Origin: Tubiluchus corallicola
Taxonomy: Eukaryota > Animalia > Priapulida
Direction: 5' to 3'
NCBI GenBank assembly: GCA_030141605.1
Contig: JAQGDQ010001814.1
Span: 1-24,481 of the forward strand
Length of the DNA: 24,481 bases
Under the pieces are notes generated by a model. The model made no database searches, had not been told where the DNA came from, and was given only the letters and a program-made list of their open reading frames with translations. The position numbers and the translations under genes are program-made. Shown here piece after piece: positions 23,150-24,481 of the stretch. Positions within the stretch are counted from its first letter, which is position 1; every line of letters begins with the position of its first letter.

Positions 23150-23780
23150 TTTTTGTTCCTTGAAACTTTTTCGAGTAACATCAGAATCTTTACTCTCTTC
23201 AAAATGTTTTGTTCCTTGAAGGTATTTCGATTAACACCAGAACCTTTTCTATCCTCAAAATTCTTGTGGCAAGATATGAGTTTCGATTAACATCAGAACC
23301 TTTACTCTCTTCAAAATGTTTTGTTCCTTGAAGGTATTTCGATTAACACCAGAACCTTTACTATCCTCAAAATTCTTGTGGCAAGATATGAGTTTCGATT
23401 AACATCAGAATCTTTACTCTCTTCAAAATGTTTTGTTCCTTGAAGGTATTTCGATTAACATCAGAACCTTAGCTCCTCAAAACTTGTAGCAAGAATGAGT
23501 TCCGATAACATCAGAATCCCACTCTCTTCAAAATGTTTTGTTCCTTGAAGGTATTTCGATTAACACCAGAACCTTTACTACCCTCAAAATTATTGTGGTA
23601 AGATATGAGTTTCGATTAACATCAGAACCTTTACTCTCTTCAAAATGTTTTGTTCCTTGAAGGTTTTTCGATTAACATCAGAACCTTTAGTCTCCTCAAA
23701 ATTCTTGTGGTAAGATATGAGTTTCGATTAACATCAGAACCTTTTCTATCTTCAAAATTCTTGTGGCAAGATATGAGTTT
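23150..23780. repeat. 112-bp tandem repeat built from two diverged 56-bp subunits, about 5.5 units
   Basis: aacatcagaa at 23177, 23289 and 23401. Both halves share tttcgattaaca(t/c)cagaac...tcaaaat. Confidence 0.93.
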
Positions 23781-24260
23781 AACGTGTTCAAATTAAAATT
23801 TAACAGCAAAAACGCATCTGACAGATTCCACCAATTTTGCTGTACATAACTTAGAAAGAATTCGGTTCATAAACTAGACGAAATTTTAATCGTACTGTTC
23901 GCAGTTGCCATGACGTACAACTAGGTGACGTCACAGAACACAGGCAAGTTAGTTTCCAAGATAAAGTGACAACATGGTTCACACAAAACCCCGCAGAGAA
24001 TTTTAGGAAGGAAAATAAGTTTTAAATTAATTTTGTAAATGATTTTTGCGTGTCCATCTTGTTAAAGATGGTGGCTTATTTAAATTAAATTACCAAACAG
24101 GTCTTCAAAAATTTGAAATTTTGTCGGCTAACTTAATCGTTGCCATGACAGAAACCACCGTGACGTCACAATAAACTTGGTCAGACCTACTTGAAAAATA
24201 AGCTGCTCATTTTACGTCACGTGTAATTTCAGGCGCTATAGGTCGGAGCTATGTGCTGAG

Positions 24261-24374
24261 CAGGGCCTATTTCAAGCGGGGGGGAGTGGGGATATTTGCC
24301 CGGGGCCTCACCCTCCAGGGGGGCCTCGCGCCAAGGTAACATTTTTTTGCTTTATGAAAATAACATACTGCCTC

Positions 24375-24428
<54 letters not shown>

Positions 24429-24446
24429 CTCTCTCTCTCTCTCTCT

Positions 24447-24481
<35 letters not shown>
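24261..24481. mobile_element. Second copy of the CAGGGCCTATTT/(CT)n MITE, running off the window end
   Basis: About 110 bp aligns to 21918-22015, then (CT)n follows. Confidence 0.85.

Noticed and set aside
23177-23780. Hammerhead-like words (UUGAAGA ... UCGAAA) on the minus strand of the 56-bp subunits
   Set aside because: C3 is absent, stem II is only about 2 bp, and there is no convincing stem I.

Overview
This is AT-rich, repeat-dense animal genomic DNA. The repeat types suggest an invertebrate, possibly a mollusc or other lophotrochozoan (inference). It is not prokaryotic, and most long ORFs in the track are translations of mini- or microsatellites. Genes supported by the sequence: (1) two tandemly duplicated minus-strand genes with intronless CDSs, encoding BTB-BACK proteins whose C-terminus looks like a MATH/TRAF domain that is hypervariable between the copies; (2) the last three coding exons of a plus-strand SAPCD2 homolog, missed by the ORF track, which implies the BTB genes sit antisense inside one of its introns; (3) a 159-aa single-exon minus-strand gene with motifs seen in cilia/sperm microtubule-associated proteins. 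Non-coding highlights: a 164-bp tandem array whose units carry a minimal type I hammerhead-ribozyme fold on the minus strand (retrozyme/Penelope-like, cores mutated), a second solitary hammerhead with an intact core, and a 133-bp repeat carrying CTCF-like motifs between the two paralogs. There are also several MITEs (piggyBac-like, hAT-like, foldback-like) and a tRNA-derived Meta-type SINE. All domain and family calls come from motif recognition by eye; no searches were run.
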